Shown piece after piece: positions 33,925 to 43,735 of a DNA stretch of 53,627 nucleotides. The notes below the pieces were generated by a model. The model was not told where the DNA came from, did no database searches, and saw nothing but the letters and a program-made list of their open reading frames with translations. The first letter of the stretch is position 1, and each line of letters begins with the position of its first letter. The stretch spans positions 1-53,627 of the IMG/VR virus record IMGVR_UViG_3300044951_001798, one strand, 5' to 3'. The translations under genes were made by a program, and so were the position numbers. The stretch is from a virus. Its lineage: Duplodnaviria; Caudoviricetes.

Positions 33925-36195
33925 TTAACAATGAAAATAATCACAGACATAAACTTTAATCAAACCACGCTGATCAGCTGGTATGGTAACCTGTGACCCC
34001 AGGTATGTGAACGATTCACAGGTATATGGAAACGTCGCCACGCCGAGTCCCACACCTTCAATATCCTTAAATTCAGACCAGGGGACGAACAGCTTCACAA
34101 ATTTAGCATATTCTTCGGTTGGAGTTTCTGAGACAACATACGCGAGAAGCTCTCCACCCCAAAATATCCCAAATTCTCTCAGACGTTCATTAACATCAAT
34201 AGAATTCTCATTAAATTCTATTTTAGAATTGGCGACACACCAGTCTGCATGTTCTTGTGCTGCTCTCGCGGCTGCGAGGCTGTAAGATACCGGTTTCGGT
34301 GTAGAAGACTGTGTGCGTCTGAAAACATTTAACGCCCAGATAAAAGCATTGAATGTCGGCCTGTTTGTGGCCGCAAGTGTCGTGCGAGCAATGCTGTTAG
34401 ATGTTTCAGTTGAACCAGGTATAACGACAGAATAGACTTCATCAAGTGTGTCTATATCGTAAAAACGAACCGGTGATTTATAACTACGCCCAGAATACCA
34501 TTGCGCACAAAGCACCATTTTCTCGTTATAATTCAAAATATACGGCTTTGTACATCCCACTGGTTCATCTGGTAATGAGATCATCGCTAACAGCTCACCG
34601 TACATGTCATAGAGTTCTAACGTAGTTGGAAAACCTTTAAAGATAAACATCCTGCCGTCATAACAGATAATCCGAACTATCCTTTCAAAATCTGCAATGG
34701 TGGCAATATCGAAAACGACACGCTCCAGATATTTGTCAATCCAACTTTCGCCAACCACACCAGTATCTAAATACCATGTTTGGTCTGGATAACCACCGTT
34801 ATAGATTGGTCCAGTGAACACGCCAACATAACAGTCAACCATCGCGGCATCAGAATAGGGAGCAGTGTGGTTAATATCAGAAACAGCATCATACCCACGA
34901 AAAACCGCCATTATCAATTCGCCATTATGCCATGCTACGGCTCTGATTCTTGTCTCTCGACGTTTATAATCCGATGGATAGGCTTCACCAGGGTCTATAT
35001 TTAAATCATTGTCTGTATCAACCCAAGTATATGGAGTCACCTCAAAATTAACAGTTCCGGCAGGCTGCTCAATTCTCCATCCGATCAACGTCCCAAGAGA
35101 CGACGGACTGACGGAATAACCTCCAGCTGCCATCATCGAACCAGATGATATACCATACGGACTATCATCAGAACGAAAACCGGGTATCTCATGGATGTTA
35201 TCTTCAATCCACGTCCAAATAATAGGATAGCGATAGCAACATTGTAGCCACATAGGAACAGACGGCGCTGGGAAATTATAGTATTTCGAACCAGTAACTA
35301 TAAGTGTGTTGAGATCAGCATTAACACTATCTGCATAAACAGGATTGTCAAAGGGAGCACCAAACAATGCATTAATATCGTAAGCTAAAACGCATACCCC
35401 ATTTATGTTATAAACACCTAAAAAATTGCTTGTTCCGATTGAATATGGCTGGAAGAAAAAGATACTACTCTCGCACGGCTTCGGGAACTCTTCAAAACCG
35501 ATAACTTTTGGCTTTTCAAAATCCTGCTCGACGAACTGCACAATCACCCTATCGCCAGTCTCGAACGCTGATCCGTTGCAGTCCATGTATTCGATGTCAA
35601 CGTCTGTCAAATCCCATGCCTGGTTGATGTTATACTCGGCGCCTTTGAGTGAACTGGTTGCGTCGTTAAGCGTAATACTACATGTATCACCGCTGATACT
35701 GGTTATTTCACCAATGCGGTATGTTGGCTTCCATTTCTGCCAGCCAGGAGTCATCGCCAGAAAATAAAAAGCCTGTGCCGGAGTCAGCGCTCTAATGTTT
35801 ATAACCTGCCCGTCGCGCGCTGGTATATACTCTGCATTGTCGGTATATCCTGGACGAATGTTTACAGCAGGGTATTGAGGATCCCCGTTGATCTCAATCG
35901 TGGCAACCACGCCAGACAGTTCATCGGATAAATCTGCACACCAGGCGTCTGCAATTGCGTCCTGTGGTATCAGCAAAAGGTATTCCTTTTGTTTCGAAAG
36001 CGAGGCCATGGATAATTTAAGCATCGGCAATTTGTGTTCTGGATCACCTGGTGGTAGCGCATCCTGCAAGGCTTGATTCGAGTCAATCCAAGTATCAATC
36101 AGAGCAAGCGTCTGATCCGAATTCTCTCGGTTTTGCAGTAATTTGACAGCATATCTGCCATTGCCGAAATTGTTAATTATTTGCCCCTTGCCCAT
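33925..36195 (-). CDS. Large tail-tip protein with C-terminal CAP/SCP-like domain
   Basis: AWCAD..V..IEING..PGWQKWKPTYR.G.I..YMDCNG.AF..GDRV.V N-terminus; LNVFRR..LAAARAAQEHADW. Confidence 0.6.
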   Translation of the reverse strand: MGKGQIINNFGNGRYAVKLLQNRENSDQTLALIDTWIDSNQALQDALPPGDPEHKLPMLKLSMASLSKQKEYLLLIPQDAIADAWCADLSDELSGVVATIEINGDPQYPAVNIRPGYTDNAEYIPARDGQVINIRALTPAQAFYFLAMTPGWQKWKPTYRIGEITSISGDTCSITLNDATSSLKGAEYNINQAWDLTDVDIEYMDCNGSAFETGDRVIVQFVEQDFEKPKVIGFEEFPKPCESSIFFFQPYSIGTSNFLGVYNINGVCVLAYDINALFGAPFDNPVYADSVNADLNTLIVTGSKYYNFPAPSVPMWLQCCYRYPIIWTWIEDNIHEIPGFRSDDSPYGISSGSMMAAGGYSVSPSSLGTLIGWRIEQPAGTVNFEVTPYTWVDTDNDLNIDPGEAYPSDYKRRETRIRAVAWHNGELIMAVFRGYDAVSDINHTAPYSDAAMVDCYVGVFTGPIYNGGYPDQTWYLDTGVVGESWIDKYLERVVFDIATIADFERIVRIICYDGRMFIFKGFPTTLELYDMYGELLAMISLPDEPVGCTKPYILNYNEKMVLCAQWYSGRSYKSPVRFYDIDTLDEVYSVVIPGSTETSNSIARTTLAATNRPTFNAFIWALNVFRRTQSSTPKPVSYSLAAARAAQEHADWCVANSKIEFNENSIDVNERLREFGIFWGGELLAYVVSETPTEEYAKFVKLFVPWSEFKDIEGVGLGVATFPYTCESFTYLGSQVTIPADQRGLIKVYVCDYFHC

Positions 36196-36196
36196 A

Positions 36197-37018
36197 TTAT
36201 AACGCCTGCACATCCATTTGATGATTACTCGTTGAAACAGAATATGACACAGTATCTACAGTAAAAATGTCCTCACCATCAATGGCAGTATCCCCAGGTT
36301 TCAGGTATGTGTCCGGAATAGACGTCCTAATTGATTTTGGATCGCTATTCCGATATACCACTCCATCGAGCAAAACCTCCTGACTCGCTGAAACATTAGT
36401 GCCATAACCGCTTAATACAACAGATTGATTTCGAGAACCCTCGTAAATACTGATATTATCTATGTCCGCCATTGCAATTATTTCTGCTTGTAGTTCAACA
36501 CTGTTTTCTGACATTATCTTGGATACCACAAGGTCGCCATTTGTTCGTGTGGATATATCCAATGCTTGATTGATAGATGGAATTGATACGCTTAGATAAC
36601 TTCGTACGGTGTTGTTTACAATCGGCTCGCAAACACCGACTGACAGTTCCTTCCACACACCAGGTTCACTCATTTTCATTGACATATACCATGTATAAGG
36701 CGCTTCTTCCCATGGACTGAGCAATGGACGTCTGTAGTCAAGCATATACCCATCTACCATGCACACCAAGTGTCCTTCACCAGTTTCTACATCGCAGACA
36801 ACGAGACGTATCGTTTCTGCTGGGATCGCTCTCCGAACAAGCAGCTCGGCAATCGTCATTGCGAACCCGTCGCAGTCATCCTGGAAAGCGATGCCTTGCT
36901 CTACTTGGTCCGCATAGCTTCGCCAGTCATCCAGTATCTCGGGGAACTGTGTTGTATCGAGAAGATATGTGAATAGCTCGAATACCTGATTATATGTTGT
37001 TTCGAGGATCGGGTTCAT
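36197..37018 (-). CDS. Tail protein with N-terminal transglutaminase-like cysteine peptidase (BTLCP/C93-like)
   Basis: DDW..DDCDGFA..RLVVC..GEGHLVCMVDG..LD (Cys-His-Asp). Confidence 0.65.
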   Translation of the reverse strand: MNPILETTYNQVFELFTYLLDTTQFPEILDDWRSYADQVEQGIAFQDDCDGFAMTIAELLVRRAIPAETIRLVVCDVETGEGHLVCMVDGYMLDYRRPLLSPWEEAPYTWYMSMKMSEPGVWKELSVGVCEPIVNNTVRSYLSVSIPSINQALDISTRTNGDLVVSKIMSENSVELQAEIIAMADIDNISIYEGSRNQSVVLSGYGTNVSASQEVLLDGVVYRNSDPKSIRTSIPDTYLKPGDTAIDGEDIFTVDTVSYSVSTSNHQMDVQAL

Positions 37019-37019
37019 G

Positions 37020-40000
37020 TTAGATAACCTTGCAAAAAATAGACTCTGGATTCAATTCACAAAATCTTGCGTATCCATAAGGTATCGGTGTGATCTCGCC
37101 ATCGACAACAGGTTTAGGAGAACGTGGTATCGAACTGGATGATACCAATGTTTTTCGTACCTGAAAGCTGGATATTGGGATCGTGATATCTGGTAGTTCA
37201 TCGGCGGTACCTGTTAAAACGCATCTGTAAGTAGTGACAGGGTACGATGTCTTACATGTTCCGATTGTCGGGATCAGTGGTTGTGTGGTTATTTCGGCCA
37301 ACACAGATTGGATTGTAGTCCTGCCAAAATCAAGCGCATTAAATTCGAATGACACCGCAATACCAATATTTGGGATACTGACATCCATAACAATCGGTTC
37401 ATTATTAATGATTCTGTTTGTCCACAGGCCGACTCCACCGGCAAACATAACTAATCCATCTGCACTGACTGCACATACTTCCCAATCCGCAGGAATTGGC
37501 ATTGTCGCCGAGAATGCTTGTTCTATCCAGGTTGTGCCAGAATCTTCGCTTAAAAACACCTTGCCAGACAGTCCACCGGTTACCGCACGAGTACAAGCCA
37601 GAATGACTGCGCCATCATCGCTTACAGCGCAGGCATTCCACGCCATATCAACATCGCCATTGGGCAGTAGCTCTACCCAATCAACTCCATAATTTATGGA
37701 TTTATAAAGTCTGCCGAGAACTCCGCCACCCTGATATGCTCCTTTACCAGCAATCATTATATCGCCGATGCGGTTAATGGCGACTGCGTAAGAACCTGAT
37801 GAAAGACAAGGAGTCCAGGTACCACCAACCTTTCTGAGCAAAGAATATGTGTCACACGCAAGCATAACAGAACCGGTGTAATTAATTTTTATCGTGTTGA
37901 TGCCGGTGACTGTCACTAATCCATCTCCACTAATCCCACACCCGCAGAGAAGCAAATTTGAACAATTGGTATATCCGTCAATTCCCAAGTCCAGGAGGCT
38001 ATCAAGAAATGCGTGACTGACATCTTCCCCGTTGTTATCCGACCTGAAAACGACTTCCTGTGTCGTTGACTGTGGCGCGGTGGCGACGGATACGAAAGAA
38101 GACCCGTCATCACTTATTGCACAAGCACGGAAAGCTAATTCTATAAAATCGTCAGATCGTGATTGCCAGGTGAATCCTTTATTCAGCGAATGATAAAGAT
38201 AACCAGTTCCGGCAATCATTGTTTGTCCAGAACTATCCATGGCGAACCGGCCCCATCTACCATCGCCGATGGTGTCATAAGTTCTGACCGGATTAATGAT
38301 ATTCCAGGTAGCGTGATCATTCGATTCGTAATAGACGCCATTCAATACCACAATCAATGTGCAGCCATCACTTGATATCCTACATTCATTTATTCCCCAC
38401 TGTTGATCGGTATTGCCAAGAACATATAATTCTGTCCAGGTAGCCAACGAATCAATGGATAAATAACAGCGGCCACCGGTGATCGTTACTAATCCGATTG
38501 CGCCGTTATCTGAAATTTTTAACGTCCAGTACAGATAGGTACTGCTGCCATACTGGGTATCGGTGATAAGCGTTTCAATCGGAGGAAGCACTTCACTCCA
38601 TGCGCCACCTGAATTTATGGTGATGTAGTACCGGGTTTTATTTCCGTGACTAACCCCGTCAGGTAACAATTCGCTGGTTGTGCCGCTAACCAACATAATC
38701 GAACCATCCAAACTCACGAAACCGCTGCTATACAATACGTCATCAAAATTAATATCAACAACTGTATGCGAAACGCCGTAATCAGAGGATATGTAAACCT
38801 TCGGTCCTGTGTTTTGCCATCCAGCCACAGGATCATTGAACCAACTATCACGAGACGCAGCAATGATACTACCTGATCCGTTACCGACAAGCATTTCCCA
38901 TTGTAATCCGTAACCAATACCTGCTCCGGTAGGATATATGACATCTGTAAATATTTGTATTTTTGTTATACCGCCATCCATGGATACATAGAGAAATTCA
39001 CCTTCACCCATTTGATGGACCATGTAATATATCACAGACTCGTTGAGTGTATTGATTTGCTCCCATATATCAAATAGATAAGAGTGATAATCCTCCCATG
39101 TACCACCCGCATTATATGAAATCTGTATCTGGTTAGCTTCTGGAAGATAGATTTTATATCCTGCTATAAATGTCTGGCCGTCTTCACTAATGTAAAGCGC
39201 CTGCACTGGATAAAACGTATCAATCGGAACCCCAATAAAAACCTCTACCCATGAACTCCCAGAGTCAATTGACTTAAATAAGCGGTTTTCCGAACTGCAT
39301 AACTGGTTTACCATGTTTGCAGATGAAACCATTGTCATGAAAGATACTATCGGCTGATCTGGATGAACCAGGTACAACGGGGGTTTATACTCAACAAACA
39401 CAGTATTGTTTATTACTATTTCTGGAGTCTGTATCTTCGATCCAAGAAACACATCGGCAACCAACAACGCTTCACAGATAAGAATTTCAGGAATTACCAG
39501 CCTGTCAATTACCTCAATTATCCTGAGATTCAATGAATTTGAGGTCAGAATATTGCTATGCAAAATGATATTCTGGACAAAAATCAGCTCGGGAATGATT
39601 GAAATGTCCGGAACAAGTAACGTCCACCCAGGGGGACTTATTTCTTTGGTTGAAAATGATGAAACAGTTTCAATCTCTGGTATCGTGAGTGGTGGTGGCA
39701 GTATCGCAACTCTTACCGCCGGAACAATATTTACTGTAACGACAGGAACAATTACAGTCCTGTCAGTAAACGCTGCGATATACGGCACGTCTGGAACTAT
39801 GAAGTCCGTAACCCACCTTGAGACTCCACTCGATACTCGAAATTCATTCAGCATCATGCCGTTTCCGCTTGCATACTCGGGAATATTCGGCATTCCAATT
39901 ACTGTGTTTAGGCAGGTAGTCGGCTTGTAATAAGCACCGGTGGCGCTGTCTTTTAAAACACCATTTATAAAAAGTCTCGTCGTGGTACCATCAAATGTTA

Positions 40001-41327
40001 CTGCAATGTGATACCAGTATGGAGCAATATAGGGGATATAGTTGTTTAACCATTGCAGCGACGTAAACGCTCCGCCGCCGTTGTTGAACCGAAACGCTAT
40101 ACCGGTGGATGTTCTGTGCAGTCGATACATTATTCCGGTAGCAGAGTTCCAGTCATTGCAAGCTACCCCTGTCCGGATAAGATAATTATCTTCCTCATTG
40201 CGGATATTGTCGTTAGAGCGCATTCGCGCCCATAAATCTATACAAAATGGGGTGTTCGATAATCCGAGATCAAATAAAGGAGAATTGGCGATAAATATCC
40301 CAGTGCTGTAGGAGGACGGGAAATAACAGGCAGCGTCAAATCCTGGTAGGTCGTATTCAGTGAATCCTTTTATGAGTCCTGGACGCTCTGAACCATATCC
40401 AGCTTGTGTAATCACATTATCGTAGGCGGATGAATCAACTATCACCGTGCTTGCGTTATCACCGTCGAAATGGAGCATAAGGACGGTATCGGCATCTATC
40501 CCGAGATACTGTCCATATACTGTTGATGAAATAGACTCATTGATAATTACAGCGGGGACCGTTATACCGTCTATGAAAATACGATGGTTTTGCTCGTAGT
40601 TTACGCAGGCGGTGATTTCTGGAACAAAAATAACTTCACTTCCTTCTGGAACCGCAGCTTCTTCGATAAATCGTAGTTCTGAAACAGCCGCTGAATTGGT
40701 TCCATATACCCACTCTTCATCAACTGTCCACGGTGTGTCGTACTCCGCTTGATTCGCGATAGCACTTTCCGAACACCCAAACATCACACGGTAATAACGA
40801 TAGGCCGTGGTACTTTGCCAGCAAAAATATTCTTCGCGCCAGCTTCCATAAGACCACTCGGGAGCTGGATCAACGAGCGTGTATGATCCTATCTCAGGAT
40901 CAACCGCATAATACATCTCGATAAAACTCTTAAAAAGTGTATCCCAGTTAGACGCCGTTATGTCATCCGTTACGCTGCTGACTCCAACTGAATTTGATCC
41001 CTGAATTATGATCCGAGAAGGAAACCAAGAACCAGACGTGTAAGCGGATTTGGCAAAGGTGAACTTATCAAAACATTTCTCGTTCAATTCCCCGAGATCA
41101 ACCATGATCCCGCACTTACTCTCCCCTCCAATATTGATATACTCCAAATCGGACGGATCGTTAGAACTCGCCTCGCCAATTGCAGGTAGTTGATCAAACA
41201 CTTTCCACGCAGGTCCGCCGCCGTACTCAAACAGCGTCCCAACATCAGTTAAAATGTACGGAGAGCTGTTGCTGGTGGCCGGAAGCATCCCAGACGCAGT
41301 ATTCGGATTGGTTGCACCGTTACCCAT
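37020..41327 (-). CDS. Large tail adhesin: discoidin-like, LamG and BNR/beta-propeller domains
   Basis: IQGSN..AYRYYR; LMLHFDG..WYHIAVTFDG..LFING; many SxDxGxTW Asp-boxes. Confidence 0.75.
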   Translation of the reverse strand: MGNGATNPNTASGMLPATSNSSPYILTDVGTLFEYGGGPAWKVFDQLPAIGEASSNDPSDLEYINIGGESKCGIMVDLGELNEKCFDKFTFAKSAYTSGSWFPSRIIIQGSNSVGVSSVTDDITASNWDTLFKSFIEMYYAVDPEIGSYTLVDPAPEWSYGSWREEYFCWQSTTAYRYYRVMFGCSESAIANQAEYDTPWTVDEEWVYGTNSAAVSELRFIEEAAVPEGSEVIFVPEITACVNYEQNHRIFIDGITVPAVIINESISSTVYGQYLGIDADTVLMLHFDGDNASTVIVDSSAYDNVITQAGYGSERPGLIKGFTEYDLPGFDAACYFPSSYSTGIFIANSPLFDLGLSNTPFCIDLWARMRSNDNIRNEEDNYLIRTGVACNDWNSATGIMYRLHRTSTGIAFRFNNGGGAFTSLQWLNNYIPYIAPYWYHIAVTFDGTTTRLFINGVLKDSATGAYYKPTTCLNTVIGMPNIPEYASGNGMMLNEFRVSSGVSRWVTDFIVPDVPYIAAFTDRTVIVPVVTVNIVPAVRVAILPPPLTIPEIETVSSFSTKEISPPGWTLLVPDISIIPELIFVQNIILHSNILTSNSLNLRIIEVIDRLVIPEILICEALLVADVFLGSKIQTPEIVINNTVFVEYKPPLYLVHPDQPIVSFMTMVSSANMVNQLCSSENRLFKSIDSGSSWVEVFIGVPIDTFYPVQALYISEDGQTFIAGYKIYLPEANQIQISYNAGGTWEDYHSYLFDIWEQINTLNESVIYYMVHQMGEGEFLYVSMDGGITKIQIFTDVIYPTGAGIGYGLQWEMLVGNGSGSIIAASRDSWFNDPVAGWQNTGPKVYISSDYGVSHTVVDINFDDVLYSSGFVSLDGSIMLVSGTTSELLPDGVSHGNKTRYYITINSGGAWSEVLPPIETLITDTQYGSSTYLYWTLKISDNGAIGLVTITGGRCYLSIDSLATWTELYVLGNTDQQWGINECRISSDGCTLIVVLNGVYYESNDHATWNIINPVRTYDTIGDGRWGRFAMDSSGQTMIAGTGYLYHSLNKGFTWQSRSDDFIELAFRACAISDDGSSFVSVATAPQSTTQEVVFRSDNNGEDVSHAFLDSLLDLGIDGYTNCSNLLLCGCGISGDGLVTVTGINTIKINYTGSVMLACDTYSLLRKVGGTWTPCLSSGSYAVAINRIGDIMIAGKGAYQGGGVLGRLYKSINYGVDWVELLPNGDVDMAWNACAVSDDGAVILACTRAVTGGLSGKVFLSEDSGTTWIEQAFSATMPIPADWEVCAVSADGLVMFAGGVGLWTNRIINNEPIVMDVSIPNIGIAVSFEFNALDFGRTTIQSVLAEITTQPLIPTIGTCKTSYPVTTYRCVLTGTADELPDITIPISSFQVRKTLVSSSSIPRSPKPVVDGEITPIPYGYARFCELNPESIFCKVI

Positions 41328-41336
41328 GATATCCTC

Positions 41337-41768
41337 TTACGTTGTTTTACCAATAAGCGTCTGAAACTGAAAACTGGCTGTATCAGGGATCGTGTAGTCC
41401 GTCCCAAAATCAATGCAGCAATACACGGTGTCATCACTGGTGGTGTCATCATAAATAATCGCTGATCCAGTCGGGCCGATGTCCCCAGCAGCCGCCGTCC
41501 AGATCACGTCATCCCACACGGTTTTACCGCAATCAAGCGCGTCATCCTCTGTGACAACAGAGTTTGTCAGCGCCTTGTCGTTCTGGGTATATCCGTAATT
41601 TGTAGCAAGCTGATCCGCCGTAACATCCGCCAATGTCGCATGAGCGTCTTTGTCGAATGCAAATGTAGTATTCATCAATATGGCCTTAAAAACATCTGTG
41701 TCCATATTGATCAAAGCCTTGTCTTTTTGGTATTTAAAATGATTTGATACTGTAACTACGACTGCCAT
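41337..41768 (-). CDS. Tail structural protein (paralog 1)
   Basis: QLATNYGYTQNDK.L..WTA..IGP. Confidence 0.65.
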   Translation of the reverse strand: MAVVVTVSNHFKYQKDKALINMDTDVFKAILMNTTFAFDKDAHATLADVTADQLATNYGYTQNDKALTNSVVTEDDALDCGKTVWDDVIWTAAAGDIGPTGSAIIYDDTTSDDTVYCCIDFGTDYTIPDTASFQFQTLIGKTT

Positions 41769-41780
41769 AATAACCTCCTT

Positions 41781-42212
41781 TTATGCTGATAAATTAATCC
41801 CGATTGTCTTTATTTGCAGGATAAAACCATTGGGAGCTGTGTATTCCGTCCCGAAGTCAATGCACATCACCACGGGTTTTTCAGTGACTGTGTTGTTGTA
41901 CACAATCGCGGCTCCTGCAGGGCCGATGATACCTCCTGATGCTGTCCAGGACACGTCAGCCCAGGTAGTGCTTGCAACACCGGTGATACGATTTTCAATA
42001 AGGGTGACACCGGACAATGTTTTGCCATTTTGCGTATATCCGAATCCTGTCGCCAACTGACTGGCCGCCACTGCCGCCAGGTTGACATGAGTTGCCGGGT
42101 TGAATATGAACGCAGGATTCATCAGGATAATGACGAACACGTCACTGGACTCGTCTATGGCTTTGGTTTTGAGCAAATACCTGTAATGGGTGGGGACGGT
42201 GACTGAAACCAT
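41781..42212 (-). CDS. Tail structural protein (paralog 2)
   Basis: Same length (143 aa) and motifs as neighbour: QLATGFGYTQNGK.L..WTASGG.IGP..CIDFGT. Confidence 0.65.
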   Translation of the reverse strand: MVSVTVPTHYRYLLKTKAIDESSDVFVIILMNPAFIFNPATHVNLAAVAASQLATGFGYTQNGKTLSGVTLIENRITGVASTTWADVSWTASGGIIGPAGAAIVYNNTVTEKPVVMCIDFGTEYTAPNGFILQIKTIGINLSA

Positions 42213-42215
42213 GTA

Positions 42216-42557
42216 TCAATCCTCTGTTAATTTTTCTTTCACCAAAAACGTTAATTTCAATTCTCCATTTTGGCATTTCAACCGACTGATCGCACCGGTG
42301 AAGACCCCCTCGCTATTTGCAAGCTGCACGAGAACTGCTTGCATAGTCATCCGGCGAAGGATAGCCTCCTGAGCAGGTGATATGCCGCTTGCAACAATCT
42401 CGATGGTGCGGTCGGAGTGGGAACAGCCGGAAGATGTGATTACACTGCCGCCGTCGAGGGTGGCGGAGCGGCTGATTCGGGGGAGGATAACACCACGATC
42501 TGATAAAAGTGATTCATTTATATCAACAGTTTCAGTGGTACTTGTTAAAGAAATCAT
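42216..42557 (-). CDS. Distal tail-like protein
   Basis: RISRSATLDGG..DRTI; follows TMP. Confidence 0.5.
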   Translation of the reverse strand: MISLTSTTETVDINESLLSDRGVILPRISRSATLDGGSVITSSGCSHSDRTIEIVASGISPAQEAILRRMTMQAVLVQLANSEGVFTGAISRLKCQNGELKLTFLVKEKLTED

Positions 42558-43120
42558 GCAACCCCTAATAAGAACGCATTGCCGTCTGCATTTGCCTTTA
42601 ATTGAACTTTTTCAACGACTTGCCACATTAGCATATCAAGAGCAGGCTCAAGACCAGTGGAATCAATCTTAATAAGTCCTTCACCTGATGCAACCGCCAA
42701 TCTTTTTTCTTCGAGGAGATCAATCTTAGACTGTATTTCTCTGCCTATATTATTATCTTGAAACTCCATATCAATTGATACTTCGTCTGGCAATGATTCA
42801 ATATCATTAGATAATGTCTCGACATCTCCAATCGCAGTCCCTGCATCTACGTCTATTTGTATTGTCTCCATATCAGTTAAAGTACTTACGGATTCTTCAA
42901 TGGCTTCAATGTCATTGGCGTAATCGCCAATGACTTCTACATCTATATCGAGTTCTGCAGGAACACTGGTGATGGACTCGCCGAGACCTGTTGCTTCTAC
43001 AGCCGCTATTTCTGCGCTATCACCAAAACCAGAAAGTGAGGATGACATATCTAATAATGGGCCGGTGAGGCTGTCAACAGCTTCGAAAATAATTTGTACA
43101 GTTCGCTCAAGGTCTGCCAT
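42554..43120 (-). CDS. Very short tape measure-like protein
   Basis: Position after the G/GT chaperones; TMP-like N-terminus MADLERTVQIIFEAVD and C-terminus IKIDSTGLEPAL. Confidence 0.6.
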   Translation of the reverse strand: MADLERTVQIIFEAVDSLTGPLLDMSSSLSGFGDSAEIAAVEATGLGESITSVPAELDIDVEVIGDYANDIEAIEESVSTLTDMETIQIDVDAGTAIGDVETLSNDIESLPDEVSIDMEFQDNNIGREIQSKIDLLEEKRLAVASGEGLIKIDSTGLEPALDMLMWQVVEKVQLKANADGNAFLLGVA

Positions 43121-43298
43121 GTTTATTACTCCTTTGCTTGCTTGCGTAGTAAATAGACCATAAACGTATCTCGTCTTCTGTTAAAAAACCTTGTGGGAAG
43201 ATGTCTGGCCTGGCTTCAAATAAAAAACGCCCTTTGGAATCTGATAATTTTAATGAAAGTCTTATATCGTTTTTGTTCCAAAGGGCTTCTATTTTCCC
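43107..43298 (-). CDS. Tail assembly chaperone GT extension via -1 frameshift
   Basis: Slippery G-GGA-AAA (43292-43298) just before the G stop; the -1 frame continues IEALWNK..RFLFEARPDIFP..EIRLW. Confidence 0.75.
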   Translation of the reverse strand, partial: GKIEALWNKNDIRLSLKLSDSKGRFLFEARPDIFPQGFLTEDEIRLWSIYYASKQRSNKHGRP

Positions 43299-43726
43299 GG
43301 CTCGTACCCGAGGCCAGTCAATCTCAATATCTTTTTGGTTAGAATCTGGAATTCTGTTGGAAATGCCATGTTTAACTTGACGGCCAACTCTGTATCGCAT
43401 ACTGGATCGATACTGCCTGCAATCAGCAATTCGATCCGTAATGCAATATCCATAGGGACGCTCCCGTCAAGTCCGGTGAAATACTCAACCGTGTTTATTA
43501 CGCCTTCTGTTGATTCTTTTGATAACGTATCTACGAGCGCATTGATGGTTTTTCGGTTACGTTCAGCCATTTCCTTGCATCGGCCAAGTTCATTACCATT
43601 GAGACCCTTAACAATCCATTCTGCAGAACCATCGAACCATTGATTAAGATCAGTGTTTGGTAAATGCACTGCTTCTGTACGATAAGCGAATTTGGTTTTT
43701 TTAAATTCTTTTGTTTTGAAAGACAT
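43289..43726 (-). CDS. Tail assembly chaperone (gpG-like)
   Basis: Between tail tube and TMP; ends EPGK with a slippery site. Confidence 0.75.
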   Translation of the reverse strand: MSFKTKEFKKTKFAYRTEAVHLPNTDLNQWFDGSAEWIVKGLNGNELGRCKEMAERNRKTINALVDTLSKESTEGVINTVEYFTGLDGSVPMDIALRIELLIAGSIDPVCDTELAVKLNMAFPTEFQILTKKILRLTGLGYEPGK

Positions 43727-43735
43727 GACATACCT

